This document shows, piece by piece, positions 37,121-46,631 of a stretch of 61,468 bases of DNA. Positions within the stretch are counted from its first letter, which is position 1, and each line of letters opens with the position of its first letter. This stretch comes from Candidatus Kapaibacterium sp. (lineage in GTDB: Bacteria > Bacteroidota > Ignavibacteria > Kapaibacteriales > Kapaibacteriaceae): the NCBI GenBank assembly GCA_026390655.1, contig JAPLFN010000123.1, positions 1-61,468 of the forward strand, in the 5' to 3' direction. The position numbers and the translations under genes were made by a program. The notes under the pieces were generated by a model, which searched no databases, had not been told where the DNA came from, and saw only the letters and a list, made by a program, of their open reading frames with translations.

Positions 37121-37144
37121 CTAATGTGCTAGTGTGCTAGTGTG
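37121..37144. repeat. octamer triplet CTAATGTG CTAGTGTG CTAGTGTG
   Basis: Read directly. It lies 1 nt downstream of the nadC start codon on the plus-strand map. It supplies the last 7 codons plus the stop of the ade ORF (…HTSTLAH*). Confidence 0.9.
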
Positions 37145-38728
37145 CTCAAATCTGCTTCCGTCGAACAGACCCTTATCACTCAACTTAAGCTGTGGGATAA
37201 CAAGAAGCGCCATAAATGATATGGTCATAAAGGGAGCTCGTAATGGCGAGCCAAGAAGTTTCGCACGCGCATCGAGTGCTGCATACGTACGGGCCACATC
37301 ATACCCGTCCTCGTTAGACATGAGTCCGGCAACGGGGAGTGGTAGAAGGTCAGACATTCCGTCTGCAGTTACACAGACTCCTCCACGCGCTCCTATGATG
37401 GAGTTGACGGCTTCGACGATCTCAGCATCGGAACAACCAACGGCAACAATATTATGCGAGTCGTGCGCTACGCTGCTCGCAATAGCACCACGGGTGAGAC
37501 CAATGTTCTTGATATAGCCGATTGCTGGGGGTGCATCGGCATATCGATTTACTACAACGATTTTGAGAACGTCAGGAGACGGGAGAACATGGTGCTCTTC
37601 CGTCGTAACGAGCTGACCATCATGCGCCACAATTACTCGCACGGTCTTTCCAACATGGTCGGTAGTTATCTGCTGCGCTGTAATCGGACCGCGCGCAAAC
37701 TGGTTGATGATACGCTCATTCATGTGTGGAATGAACGACGTCCCGTCCTCCGCAACGAGCGCACCCGTAATCCATGTTTGCCGAACTTTGAACGACGTAA
37801 GGTCATTCACAACGATCATATCTGCAGAGTCGCCCACACGTAAAAGTCCAACGGGCAACCCATAATGCTCCACCGGATGGACGCACGCGGCTCGGAGCAC
37901 GTTCATTACGTCGTAGCCAAGCGCAACTGCTCGTTGAACGAGGAGGTTGATGTGTCCAATGACGAGAGAGTCCGGGTGCATATCGTCAGAGCATAGCATT
38001 ACGCTGCTTGGGTGCGAAGCGAGAAGCGTGTGAAGTGCCTCGAAATTGCGTGCTGCAGAGCCCTCACGAATGAGGATCTTCATGCCAGCAGCGATCTTAT
38101 CCAACGCCTCTTCGAGGGTGAAGCATTCGTGGTCGGTGGAGATGCCATGGGCAGCATAGGCCGTTGCCTGTTCGCCACGGAGTCCGGGTGCGTGACCGTC
38201 AATGACGCGACCGCACTCTTTTGCAACGGCTAGTTTCTCCATCACCATGGAATCGTTGTACAACACGCCAGGCCAGTTCATCATTTCACTGAGGTAACAC
38301 ACGCGCTCGTCGTTGAACAGCTCGCGAATGTCTGAGGCCGTGATCTCCGCGCCGGCAGTTTCAAACGTTGTGGCAGGTACGCAGGAAGGGGCTCCAAATG
38401 CAAAGGTAAAGGGAACACGAGCCCCATTCTCAAGCATGTACCGAACACCTTCAACGCCGCAAACATTACCGATCTCGTGAGGATCACTGACGGTGGCTAC
38501 GGTTCCATGCGCTACGGCTAGGCGGGCGAATTCGCTTGGTATAAGCATGGACGACTCAACATGGACGTGGGCGTCAACGAAGCCGGGCAGGACAAACCTA
38601 TCGCGCTGAGCAGACGGATCTTCTCGCAGCGCAGTAATGATGCCATCTGTGAACTCCACAGCGCCGGGGTAGATGCGGCGTGCATGGAGATCAACGATCA
38701 TTCCCTCGATGCGAGTCTGAACGGCCAT
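37121..38728 (-). CDS. ade: adenine deaminase
   Basis: ORF 37121..38884 trimmed to ATG 38728 (MAVQTRIEGMIVDL...). The alternative ATG 38701 would give an ATGA overlap with the permease stop. Contains VLPGFVDAHVHVESSML and DPHEIGNV amidohydrolase motifs. Confidence 0.9.
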   Translation of the reverse strand: MAVQTRIEGMIVDLHARRIYPGAVEFTDGIITALREDPSAQRDRFVLPGFVDAHVHVESSMLIPSEFARLAVAHGTVATVSDPHEIGNVCGVEGVRYMLENGARVPFTFAFGAPSCVPATTFETAGAEITASDIRELFNDERVCYLSEMMNWPGVLYNDSMVMEKLAVAKECGRVIDGHAPGLRGEQATAYAAHGISTDHECFTLEEALDKIAAGMKILIREGSAARNFEALHTLLASHPSSVMLCSDDMHPDSLVIGHINLLVQRAVALGYDVMNVLRAACVHPVEHYGLPVGLLRVGDSADMIVVNDLTSFKVRQTWITGALVAEDGTSFIPHMNERIINQFARGPITAQQITTDHVGKTVRVIVAHDGQLVTTEEHHVLPSPDVLKIVVVNRYADAPPAIGYIKNIGLTRGAIASSVAHDSHNIVAVGCSDAEIVEAVNSIIGARGGVCVTADGMSDLLPLPVAGLMSNEDGYDVARTYAALDARAKLLGSPLRAPFMTISFMALLVIPQLKLSDKGLFDGSRFEHTSTLAH

Positions 38729-40044
38729 GTTCTGTTTCTTCCTGCGAGTGCGAGATAGACCACTACGCCAACCAGTGGGGCAACAACACCAAGTATTTGT
38801 TGAAGGGGCTTTGCACTGGAAAAGATCCAGATCCAGCCAACGATCGTCAGAAGAACGGGCAGCGGATAGAGCCACATCCTCCATGGCATTGCTCCGGCAC
38901 CCACACGCCTACGCAGCATGATGAGTCCAATGGCCTGCGCGACAAATTGCGTAAACACGCGCATTGTGATGATCGACTTAATCGCATCCCCCAATTCAAG
39001 CGTCATGGTAAACACAATAGCAATGCCACCAAGAGCTAGTAACGCAATATGTGGGAAGTTCTTTGTTGGATGTTCTCGTGCAAAGACCGAAAAGAAGAGG
39101 CCATCCTTAGCAGCGGCATACGGTATCCTCGTGTATCCCAGTAACACACTAAAGAGCGACGCCACGGCGACGATGAGTACGAGACCGGTTACGACCTGCG
39201 CGGCTAGAGGACCCTGCACGGTGTTGATCAATGTACTAACAACGAACGGCGACGAGGCAACTTCACCTACCGGCAGCACCGCATAGATCGCAGTCTGCAT
39301 TGCCAGATACAGTACTCCAATACCGATGATCGAGATGTACATGCTACGAGGAATAACGCGCACCGGATCTTTGACCTCGGCACCAAGGTGACAGACGTTG
39401 TAATATCCTAAGTAAGAATAGATCGTTGGGATCGTGGCAATACCTAGTGCCGCCCAAATGGCATCATTCCCTACAGCCCCTTGTACAAATGCCCCGCTCG
39501 TGATCTGCGCAAAGCTGCCATAATAGAACCCGGCACCAATGATCCACAACAAGGCCGTGACAACACATGCCCACAGAACTACGGAGATCTTGCCAACGTC
39601 ACCGATTCGGCGGTACAACAGGGCCACAAGCACGATGATAACCGTCACGCCACAGAGCTTACTGAAAAGTGGATCGAGAGGCCCGGTCACAAAAGCCAGA
39701 TACTTTGCAAAACCAAGAGCGCCGGAGGTAACAACGAGCGGTGCTTGAAACGACGTTTGCCACACAAAGAGAAAGGCCATGAGTCTGCCCCACGTGTCGC
39801 GACCATAGGCTTCCCGCAAGAAGGTATAGGAGCCCCCTGCTTCAGGCATCTTTGCACCGAGCTCACTCCATACACTCGCATCCACAAGTGCTAGAGACAT
39901 ACCCACACACCACGCAAGAAGTGCCATCGGTGCCGAGCCCATTGTTGCCGCAACAAGGGCCGTTGTTACGAATGGCCCAATGCCTACCATGTCGATCATG
40001 TTGATCGCGGTAGCTTGAAGGAACGAGAGTTCGCGGCGCAGCAT
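38698..40044 (-). CDS. APC superfamily amino acid/polyamine permease
   Basis: ORF 38698..40077 trimmed to ATG 40044 (MLRRELSFLQATAINMIDMVGIGPF), which avoids overlap with nadK. About 12 TM segments. Confidence 0.85.
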   Translation of the reverse strand: MLRRELSFLQATAINMIDMVGIGPFVTTALVAATMGSAPMALLAWCVGMSLALVDASVWSELGAKMPEAGGSYTFLREAYGRDTWGRLMAFLFVWQTSFQAPLVVTSGALGFAKYLAFVTGPLDPLFSKLCGVTVIIVLVALLYRRIGDVGKISVVLWACVVTALLWIIGAGFYYGSFAQITSGAFVQGAVGNDAIWAALGIATIPTIYSYLGYYNVCHLGAEVKDPVRVIPRSMYISIIGIGVLYLAMQTAIYAVLPVGEVASSPFVVSTLINTVQGPLAAQVVTGLVLIVAVASLFSVLLGYTRIPYAAAKDGLFFSVFAREHPTKNFPHIALLALGGIAIVFTMTLELGDAIKSIITMRVFTQFVAQAIGLIMLRRRVGAGAMPWRMWLYPLPVLLTIVGWIWIFSSAKPLQQILGVVAPLVGVVVYLALAGRNRTWPFRLASRE

Positions 40045-40049
40045 AAATG

Positions 40050-40916
40050 TTACTTCTTCGTGGCGTCGGCAGACCAAAGAAGTTTATCGCGTAGAAGATC
40101 GTAATACGTGCTGTCGGCACGCTTCACGAGCTTCACGAGATGTTCGCTCTTTCTAATCGTGACCGTCTCGCCTTTTCGTGCAGAGCCAAGAATCTTCCCA
40201 TCGGCTACTACGTGGGCCGCGGAGAGATCTCCTAACAATTCGCAACGAATCTCGCTGCTGTCATTTACGATCAGCGGACGAAGGGTAAGCGTATGGGGTG
40301 CTATCGGAGTGATACACAATGCGTTTGCCGACGGCGCTATAATCGGCCCTCCTGCTGCCAGCGAGTATGCCGTTGATCCGGTTGGCGTGCATATGATCAC
40401 ACCATCTGCACGATAGTCGGCAACATGATGTTCATTGACGAATGCGCGTACGGCGATCATTTTCGCCTCTGAAGAACGCTCGATGAGCACTTCATTAAGC
40501 GCATAGGCCGTGATGCCGTTGAACTCTACCATCAGGGTTGTTCTATCTACGATGCGATAGTTACCCTTGATCACATCCATGATCGCTTCATCGAGTTCTG
40601 TTACCGGATACTCTGCAAGAAAGCCAAGCCTCCCTACATTAACGCCCATGATCGGTACGTCCGAGCCCATTAACAGCATTGCCGTCGCGAGTAACGTTCC
40701 ATCTCCGCCAAATGTCATCACCATGTCTGCGCGTTTTTCAAATTCCTTTGCAGTGCGCACTTCGCAGCGAGCGGCACGTTCAGCGTCGAGCGCCATTTCA
40801 AGGACGGTATCGATGATAACCTCGACGCCTTCTTCCAAGAGTCGATCGATGGCATGTGTTGCCCACGTAATCGCCTCCGGGCGCGCTGTATAAGCAACGA
40901 TCGCAATCCGACGCAT
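40050..40916 (-). CDS. nadK: NAD+ kinase
   Basis: 288-aa ORF with the GGDGTLL motif (TFGGDGTLLATA) and NGITAYALNEV...TPTGSTAYSLAAGGPI. Confidence 0.93.
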   Translation of the reverse strand: MRRIAIVAYTARPEAITWATHAIDRLLEEGVEVIIDTVLEMALDAERAARCEVRTAKEFEKRADMVMTFGGDGTLLATAMLLMGSDVPIMGVNVGRLGFLAEYPVTELDEAIMDVIKGNYRIVDRTTLMVEFNGITAYALNEVLIERSSEAKMIAVRAFVNEHHVADYRADGVIICTPTGSTAYSLAAGGPIIAPSANALCITPIAPHTLTLRPLIVNDSSEIRCELLGDLSAAHVVADGKILGSARKGETVTIRKSEHLVKLVKRADSTYYDLLRDKLLWSADATKK

Positions 40917-41194
40917 TATGCCAGCTCGCCAGCAGTGAACGCGGTGTTAGGGTCGCCAAACTCGTCCACAAAATTGAGCTTAAGAGTACTTAATGTTTGC
41001 TCGAGAAAGTTGGCTTCACCTGGGTCGAGGTTACCCTTCGTTTTCTCATGCAACACATCTAGCACATCGATCACATAGCGTGCATGATCAATGCTCTTGG
41101 TGATCTGATTTGTGGCTGGGTTCAGCATCTTGCCGAGCGCAACCATGCCCTCGATTTGAAAAACTTGAATAACGGTTAAGAAGGTTGGTTTCAT
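40916..41194 (-). CDS. DUF1844 domain protein
   Basis: ORF trimmed to ATG 41194 (ATGA overlap with the pfkA stop). MVALGKMLNPATNQITKSIDHARYVIDVLDVLHEKTKGNLDPGEANFLEQTL is DUF1844-like. A 1-nt TAATG overlap links it to nadK. Confidence 0.65.
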   Translation of the reverse strand: MKPTFLTVIQVFQIEGMVALGKMLNPATNQITKSIDHARYVIDVLDVLHEKTKGNLDPGEANFLEQTLSTLKLNFVDEFGDPNTAFTAGELA

Positions 41195-42150
41195 ACTAAG
41201 AGATATGCAAGGTCTGTGAGATATGGCGGGACCTGTTTGCGTTCCGCCCACGTTTGTTCGAGTTGGAAGGTTGTGATCTGGCCCGACATTTCACCGATCA
41301 TCACATCGGTCTTGCCCTCGAGCAGGGCGTCAACGGCGCAGGCGCCTAGGCGAGAGGCCAGCACACGATCGCGGACCGTTGGTGAGCCCCCTCTCTGAAT
41401 ATGACCCAGAATCGAAATCTTGGACGGAATGCCGTAGCGCTCTTCGAGTTTCTTACTAATCCCGATGGCTCCGCCCAGCTCATCGCCCTCACCTACGATA
41501 ACCACTGTTCGCTTATCTAGACCTTGGGCAAGAATGCGCTGGTAGAGTTCATCGATATCCGTGATGGTCTCCGGGACCGCAACGTACTCGGCGCCACATG
41601 CGATGCCAACGTCCATGGCGATAAAGCCGGCATGGCGCCCCATCACCTCGATAAGGAAGAGTCGGCCGTGCGAGTCCGCGGTGTCGCGGATCTTGTCGAT
41701 GGCCTGAGCGGCGGTATTGATAGCAGTATCGTAGCCAATTGTGAAGTCGGTGCCGAAAAGGTCGTTGTCGATCGTCCCAGGGGTTCCAACGATTGGAATT
41801 CCATGCTCTTGCCACAAATAGTGGGCCCCGTGGAAAGTCCCGTCGCCTCCACAGGCCACGATTCCGTCGATCCCATGTTTCCGTAGTTCATCGGCGGCCT
41901 TGTTACGGCCTTCCACATCTTCGAATTCCGGGCATCGAGAGGTTTTCAGGACAGTGCCCCCTCTATCGATGATGTTTGCCGTCCGTATGCGGTCGAGCAC
42001 CTCAAAGTGCCCTTGGATCATTCCGGAGTACCCTCCGATGATGCCTATGACCTCAAGACCTCGCTTCTCGCCGGTGCGTTCAACCGCCCGTATGTGGGCG
42101 TTCATTCCGGGGGCGTCGCCCCCACTAGTAAATACTGCAATGCGTTTCAT
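41191..42150 (-). CDS. pfkA: ATP-dependent 6-phosphofructokinase
   Basis: ORF trimmed to ATG 42150 (MKRIAVFTSGGDAPGMNA). Contains GGDGT, TIDND and MGR motifs. Confidence 0.93.
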   Translation of the reverse strand: MKRIAVFTSGGDAPGMNAHIRAVERTGEKRGLEVIGIIGGYSGMIQGHFEVLDRIRTANIIDRGGTVLKTSRCPEFEDVEGRNKAADELRKHGIDGIVACGGDGTFHGAHYLWQEHGIPIVGTPGTIDNDLFGTDFTIGYDTAINTAAQAIDKIRDTADSHGRLFLIEVMGRHAGFIAMDVGIACGAEYVAVPETITDIDELYQRILAQGLDKRTVVIVGEGDELGGAIGISKKLEERYGIPSKISILGHIQRGGSPTVRDRVLASRLGACAVDALLEGKTDVMIGEMSGQITTFQLEQTWAERKQVPPYLTDLAYLLV

Positions 42151-42290
42151 GAGCTGCGAAGATACATTGTATGGCTGGAGTATCACGCCGGGAGTCTTAC
42201 TCTCCCGGCGTCATGTTCGGGACTTCCAGTTTCCAATGTTACCGGAAGGTAACGGGGATGTAAAGTCCAGCCACACTAGATTCGCATCCG

Positions 42291-42317
42291 TAACATTGCG
42301 CTAACAATTCCATAACA
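42291..42317 (+). promoter_or_regulatory. candidate Pho box: three TAACA direct repeats at 11-bp periodicity
   Basis: TAACA occurs at 42291, 42302 and 42313 (gTAACAttgcgcTAACAattccaTAACAttc), directly upstream of the porin-pst locus. This resembles PhoB/PhoP-type 11-bp-phased direct repeats. Confidence 0.4.
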
Positions 42318-42333
42318 TTCGCTGGACCCAATA

Positions 42334-43575
42334 ATGAACGGTTCACTCCTTCGTTTTATGGCCATCATAGGCTACATCATCGCCCTTGCGGCGGTGGATA
42401 GCCGTGCTCAGGCCTCAAATCAGTCACAGGGTAGCTTTGACTTTAACTCGGAGGGCGTTGTCTTCCAGACCGCTGACAGCTCCTCGAGGGTGGTAATGCG
42501 TTTCCGTATGCAGAATTGGCTCACCGTTACAAGTGCCACCATGGCGGAAGGTGACGACCTTAACCTCTCGACAGGCTCAACCGATTTTGTTGTTCGCCGT
42601 CTGCGTCTCCGATTTGGAGGCTCTTTAGTGGACCCACGTCTGACATTCAACATCCAACTCTCATTCACGCGAGCGGATATGGATTGGAACGACACTCAGT
42701 TCCCGAATATCATCCGTGACGCTATGATTTATTGGAATTTCAATAAGAATCTGCAAGTGAGTTTCGGTCAGGGCAAGCTTCCGGGTAACCGCCAGCGCGT
42801 GATTTCTTCTGCCGACCTAGAAATGCCCGACCGTTCCATTACGAATAGTGCCTTCACTCTCGATCGTGATTTTGGAGTACAGGGTTTCTGGCGTCCGATT
42901 CACGGTGACATGGTCGTGAACGTTCGTGGCGCAATCTCAAGCGGCGACGGGCGCAATCAACCAGTTATCACGGGAGGGGGCTTAGCGTATACGGGTCGCG
43001 TCGAATTCCTTCCATTTGGTGCCTTTACCAATGGCGGAGACTACTTTGAAGGTGACCTCGCACGCGAACAGAAGCCGAAGGTCAGTGTTGGTGTCTCGTA
43101 CCAACACAACGAAAACCAGACTCGCACCCGTGGTGAGCTCGGGAAAAACCTATATGCCCAGCGGACTTCTAACGTGCTTTATGCCGATGGACTATTGAAG
43201 TATGACGGCTTTTCCCTCTACGGCGAGTATGCCCAGCGCACAGCAGTGGATCCGATCACTTATAAGGACACAACTAAGAAGGATTATGCGGCTGTGTTTA
43301 TTGGAACCGGATACATGCTCCAGGCCTCGTACATCTTCCCGTCCATGTGGAACGTTGTAGCTCGTTACGCTGTGACTGAGGCTGGTAGCCAACTCGCCGG
43401 CCTCAGTGAGTATCAGAAGCAGGTCAACATCGCCGCCGTGATCGGCTACTATATCAATAAACACCGGATCAAGATCAACCTAGAGATGGGCACCAACCGC
43501 AGCACTCTTTACAACAGCAACGACCTCGTTCACTACAATTACTACTCGCGCCTGAATATGGAGCTCGGCATCTAG
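42334..43575 (+). CDS. phosphate-selective porin O/P family outer-membrane protein
   Basis: 413-aa ORF with a signal peptide and beta-barrel pattern. Sits immediately upstream of pstSCAB-phoU. The family call rests on context and general resemblance. Confidence 0.65.
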   Translation: MNGSLLRFMAIIGYIIALAAVDSRAQASNQSQGSFDFNSEGVVFQTADSSSRVVMRFRMQNWLTVTSATMAEGDDLNLSTGSTDFVVRRLRLRFGGSLVDPRLTFNIQLSFTRADMDWNDTQFPNIIRDAMIYWNFNKNLQVSFGQGKLPGNRQRVISSADLEMPDRSITNSAFTLDRDFGVQGFWRPIHGDMVVNVRGAISSGDGRNQPVITGGGLAYTGRVEFLPFGAFTNGGDYFEGDLAREQKPKVSVGVSYQHNENQTRTRGELGKNLYAQRTSNVLYADGLLKYDGFSLYGEYAQRTAVDPITYKDTTKKDYAAVFIGTGYMLQASYIFPSMWNVVARYAVTEAGSQLAGLSEYQKQVNIAAVIGYYINKHRIKINLEMGTNRSTLYNSNDLVHYNYYSRLNMELGI

Positions 43576-43673
43576 ATTACAAAGTCGTAACACTGGGCAA
43601 TCGCCAACTGCGTGTGGGCTTACATGCCATAAATTGCGGTACGTTCTGTTTCAAATACAATGAAGTGCAAATC

Positions 43674-44516
43674 ATGAAGATCTTTCGATTAACAGCCCCC
43701 TATATCGCCTCGTTTCTCCTACTCACTCTTGTTGCGCTGGCGCTCCCAAAGCAGAAGCTGACGATTAAGGGATCGGACACAATGGTGATCCTTGTTCAAC
43801 GGTGGACGGAAGTCTACCCAGATAAGACAAACGTGGAGTTCCAAGTAACCGGCGGAGGCTCGGGAACGGGCATCGCTGCTCTCATTAATGGAACAACGGA
43901 CATTTGCTCGTCCTCCCGGCCGATCAAGAAAGAGGAAGTTGCTCAGCTTGAAGCCAAGTTTGGATACAAGGGGCTTGAGATTCGCGTCGCCATGGACGGC
44001 TTGGCCATCTATGTGCACAAGAGTAATCCAGTGAAACAGCTCACGATGGCTCAAATCAAGGATATCTTTACGGGCAAGGTCACGAATTGGAAGGCCGTTG
44101 GCGGTGCTGACAAGCCTATTCTTCTGTATTCCCGTGAGAATAACTCTGGGACATATGAGTTCTTCAAAGAGCACGTGCTAAACAAGCAAGACTTTGCCTC
44201 AAACGCCCAGCACATGGCTGGGACAGCAGCTCTCATCAATGCCGTTTCTAAAGACCCAAACAGCATCGGTTTCGGTGGCGCTGCGTATGCTAAGAATGTG
44301 AAAGCCGTAGCCGTGGCAAAGGACGCCACAAGCAAGGGTGTTGTGCCCTCTGATGCCGCCATTCATTCGGGCGAGTATCCTATCTCGCGATTCCTTTATT
44401 TCTACCTCAATCAGAAGCCTGCAGGCAACGTAAAGAAGTTCATTGATTGGGTTCTTTCGCCTGCCGGACAAAAAGTTGTGACCGAGGTCGGTTACTATCC
44501 GCTCAAGCGCAAGTAG
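43674..44516 (+). CDS. pstS: phosphate ABC transporter substrate-binding protein
   Basis: ORF trimmed to ATG 43674 (MKIFRLTAPYIASFLLLTLVALA). Contains KGSDTMV, VTGGGSGTGIAALINGTTDI and SRENNSGTYEFF. Confidence 0.9.
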   Translation: MKIFRLTAPYIASFLLLTLVALALPKQKLTIKGSDTMVILVQRWTEVYPDKTNVEFQVTGGGSGTGIAALINGTTDICSSSRPIKKEEVAQLEAKFGYKGLEIRVAMDGLAIYVHKSNPVKQLTMAQIKDIFTGKVTNWKAVGGADKPILLYSRENNSGTYEFFKEHVLNKQDFASNAQHMAGTAALINAVSKDPNSIGFGGAAYAKNVKAVAVAKDATSKGVVPSDAAIHSGEYPISRFLYFYLNQKPAGNVKKFIDWVLSPAGQKVVTEVGYYPLKRK

Positions 44517-44542
44517 ATTTGTAGGATGAAAGCAGGTCAGCC

Positions 44543-45703
44543 TTGAGTAATCCGTTTCGAAGTAAACATACGCATTGGGGTGAATGGATCGCTGAGTGGT
44601 CCATTCGCCTCGTTGCATCTGCTTCGATCGTTGTGATTTTCTTGATTTTCGTATTTGTTTTTCGCGAAGCTTCTTCTCTCTTTATACCGAAGAAGTTTGT
44701 TGAAGCCCCGTCTCTTTCAGCCACCTCCTCTCCAAATGCGGAGATGGTTCCCGAGACATACGGCGAGGAACCCGCTGTAGCTGAAACGCCCACCTCCGGC
44801 GAGGAAGGGGCTCCTGGACAGTTCATCTACTCGCCAAAGAATCCTCACTATCCAGAGATCTATAATCCCGATACGGGCTTGCTTCCGGCCGACATCGATG
44901 TAGTTCCGGCAGATCCCGAGGCAGAGGCACCACCTGTGCAGATCGGACTTACCGAGAACCTAACAAGTAATGTGTGGCAACCTGTTGGCGAAGTGCCGAA
45001 ATTCGGCATCATTCCCTTGCTTATCGGAACGGCGAAGACCACCATAATTGCCATTCTTATTGGTGCCCCACTGGGTATCCTCGCCGCTCTCTATGTGGCC
45101 TTTTTCGCAAAACGCTGGGTTCGTGAGATTGTGAAACCAGCCATCGAACTGCTTGCTGGATTTCCCTCCGTGGTGATTGGTTTTTTCTGCCTCGTTACTG
45201 TTGCCTCGTTTGTTCAGGACATCACTGGGCTTCCTTACCGACTCAATGCAATCGTTGGGGGGATAGGTCTGTCCCTCGCAGTTATTCCAATCGTGTTTTC
45301 CATCGCAGAAGATGCTCTTAGCTCAGTTCCGAAAAGTCTTCACGAAGCTTCGCTTGCTCTCGGTTCTACAGAATGGCAAACTGCTTATCGTGTAATGTTA
45401 CCAGCGGCTGCACCTGGTGTGTTTGCGGCCGTGCTGCTTGGCGTGGGCAGAGCCTTTGGCGAGACGATGATCGCCATCATGGCCACTGGCAATGCGCCCC
45501 TTTCATCGTGGTCGCCCTTTGAACCTGCTCGCACCGTTGCCGCCACTATTGGCAGTGAAATGGGTGAAGTAGTATGGGGCTCCGAGCACTATGGAGTTCT
45601 GTTCTTCCTCGGCGTACTCCTCTTTGTGGTATCCTTTGGTTTGAACGCGATCACAGAGCTCTATGTTAAGAAGCGTTTCATCAAGCGCTTCCAGGGCCAG
45701 TGA
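44543..45703 (+). CDS. pstC: phosphate ABC transporter permease PstC (with long Pro/Glu-rich loop)
   Basis: 386-aa ORF with a TTG start. The C-terminal half is PstC-like (EASLALGSTEWQT...). About 90 aa of extra low-complexity loop follow TM1. Confidence 0.85.
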   Translation: MSNPFRSKHTHWGEWIAEWSIRLVASASIVVIFLIFVFVFREASSLFIPKKFVEAPSLSATSSPNAEMVPETYGEEPAVAETPTSGEEGAPGQFIYSPKNPHYPEIYNPDTGLLPADIDVVPADPEAEAPPVQIGLTENLTSNVWQPVGEVPKFGIIPLLIGTAKTTIIAILIGAPLGILAALYVAFFAKRWVREIVKPAIELLAGFPSVVIGFFCLVTVASFVQDITGLPYRLNAIVGGIGLSLAVIPIVFSIAEDALSSVPKSLHEASLALGSTEWQTAYRVMLPAAAPGVFAAVLLGVGRAFGETMIAIMATGNAPLSSWSPFEPARTVAATIGSEMGEVVWGSEHYGVLFFLGVLLFVVSFGLNAITELYVKKRFIKRFQGQ

Positions 45704-45704
45704 T

Positions 45705-46616
45705 ATGATGCCAAACGCCGCACATAGCGTCCCGTTGCCTAAACGCCTATTAGGCTTTTTTGCCGTACTCATCGCCGCAACCGCAGCCTTTGCTGTGATC
45801 GGTGTTATCCTTGGCATGGTGGGAACCTTTGTATTCAACGGTGGCTCAGGCGTTACGTGGACGTTTCTTTCGGAGTTCCCGCGGAACAGCAATACAGAGG
45901 GCGGAATTTGGCCGGCACTGGCCGGCACTACGTTCCTCGTGCTGCTTATGACAATACTTGGTGTTCCCATTGGGACGGCTACGGCCATCTACCTTTCTGA
46001 GTTTGCTCGGCAAGACTCTTGGTTTGCACGAAGTGTTCGATTTGCCGTGAACACGTTGGCCGGTGTTCCGTCAATCGTCTTCGGCCTTTTTGGTGTTGGA
46101 TTCTTTGTTCAGTTCATGGGATCGGGAATCGATGGATTCCTTGGCACATCCTCTTTTGGAGATGGCTCCTTGATCTGGGCATCCGCTACGCTCGCTGTGC
46201 TCACCTTGCCCGTTGTGATAGTCTCCGTTGAAGAGTCCCTTCGAACCGTGCCGAGGGATCTACGTGAGGCATCCCTTGCGTTAGGTGCTACACGCTGGCA
46301 GACGATCACGAAGGTGGTGTTGCCAAATGCCGTAACCGGCATCCTCACCGGGTCCATCTTGGCCGTTGGCCGTGGAGCTGGCGAGGTGGCTGCAATTATT
46401 TTTGTTGGTGTTACGTATTCATCCGAGTCGTTGCCGTCGGCGGTGACCGAGAAGTTCATGCACCTTGGCTATCACCTCTTTGTACTTTCTACTCAGTCAC
46501 CCGACGTCGATAAAACGCTCCCTCTTCAATACGCAACAACACTTGTCCTGCTTGGACTAACATTTCTTTTGAACCTCACGGCAATCCTTATCCGCTCGCG
46601 ACTTCGCAAGCGCTAA
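45705..46616 (+). CDS. pstA: phosphate ABC transporter permease PstA
   Basis: ORF trimmed to ATG 45705, 1 nt after the pstC stop. Contains EASLALGATRWQTITKVVLP. Confidence 0.9.
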   Translation: MMPNAAHSVPLPKRLLGFFAVLIAATAAFAVIGVILGMVGTFVFNGGSGVTWTFLSEFPRNSNTEGGIWPALAGTTFLVLLMTILGVPIGTATAIYLSEFARQDSWFARSVRFAVNTLAGVPSIVFGLFGVGFFVQFMGSGIDGFLGTSSFGDGSLIWASATLAVLTLPVVIVSVEESLRTVPRDLREASLALGATRWQTITKVVLPNAVTGILTGSILAVGRGAGEVAAIIFVGVTYSSESLPSAVTEKFMHLGYHLFVLSTQSPDVDKTLPLQYATTLVLLGLTFLLNLTAILIRSRLRKR

Positions 46617-46631
46617 GAAGCCCCCTACACA

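Noticed and set aside
38729-38884. N-terminal extension of ade (MEDVALSAARSS...)
   Set aside because: It lies entirely within the 3' end of the permease gene in another frame. Adenine deaminase homology begins near MAVQTRIEGMIVDL.
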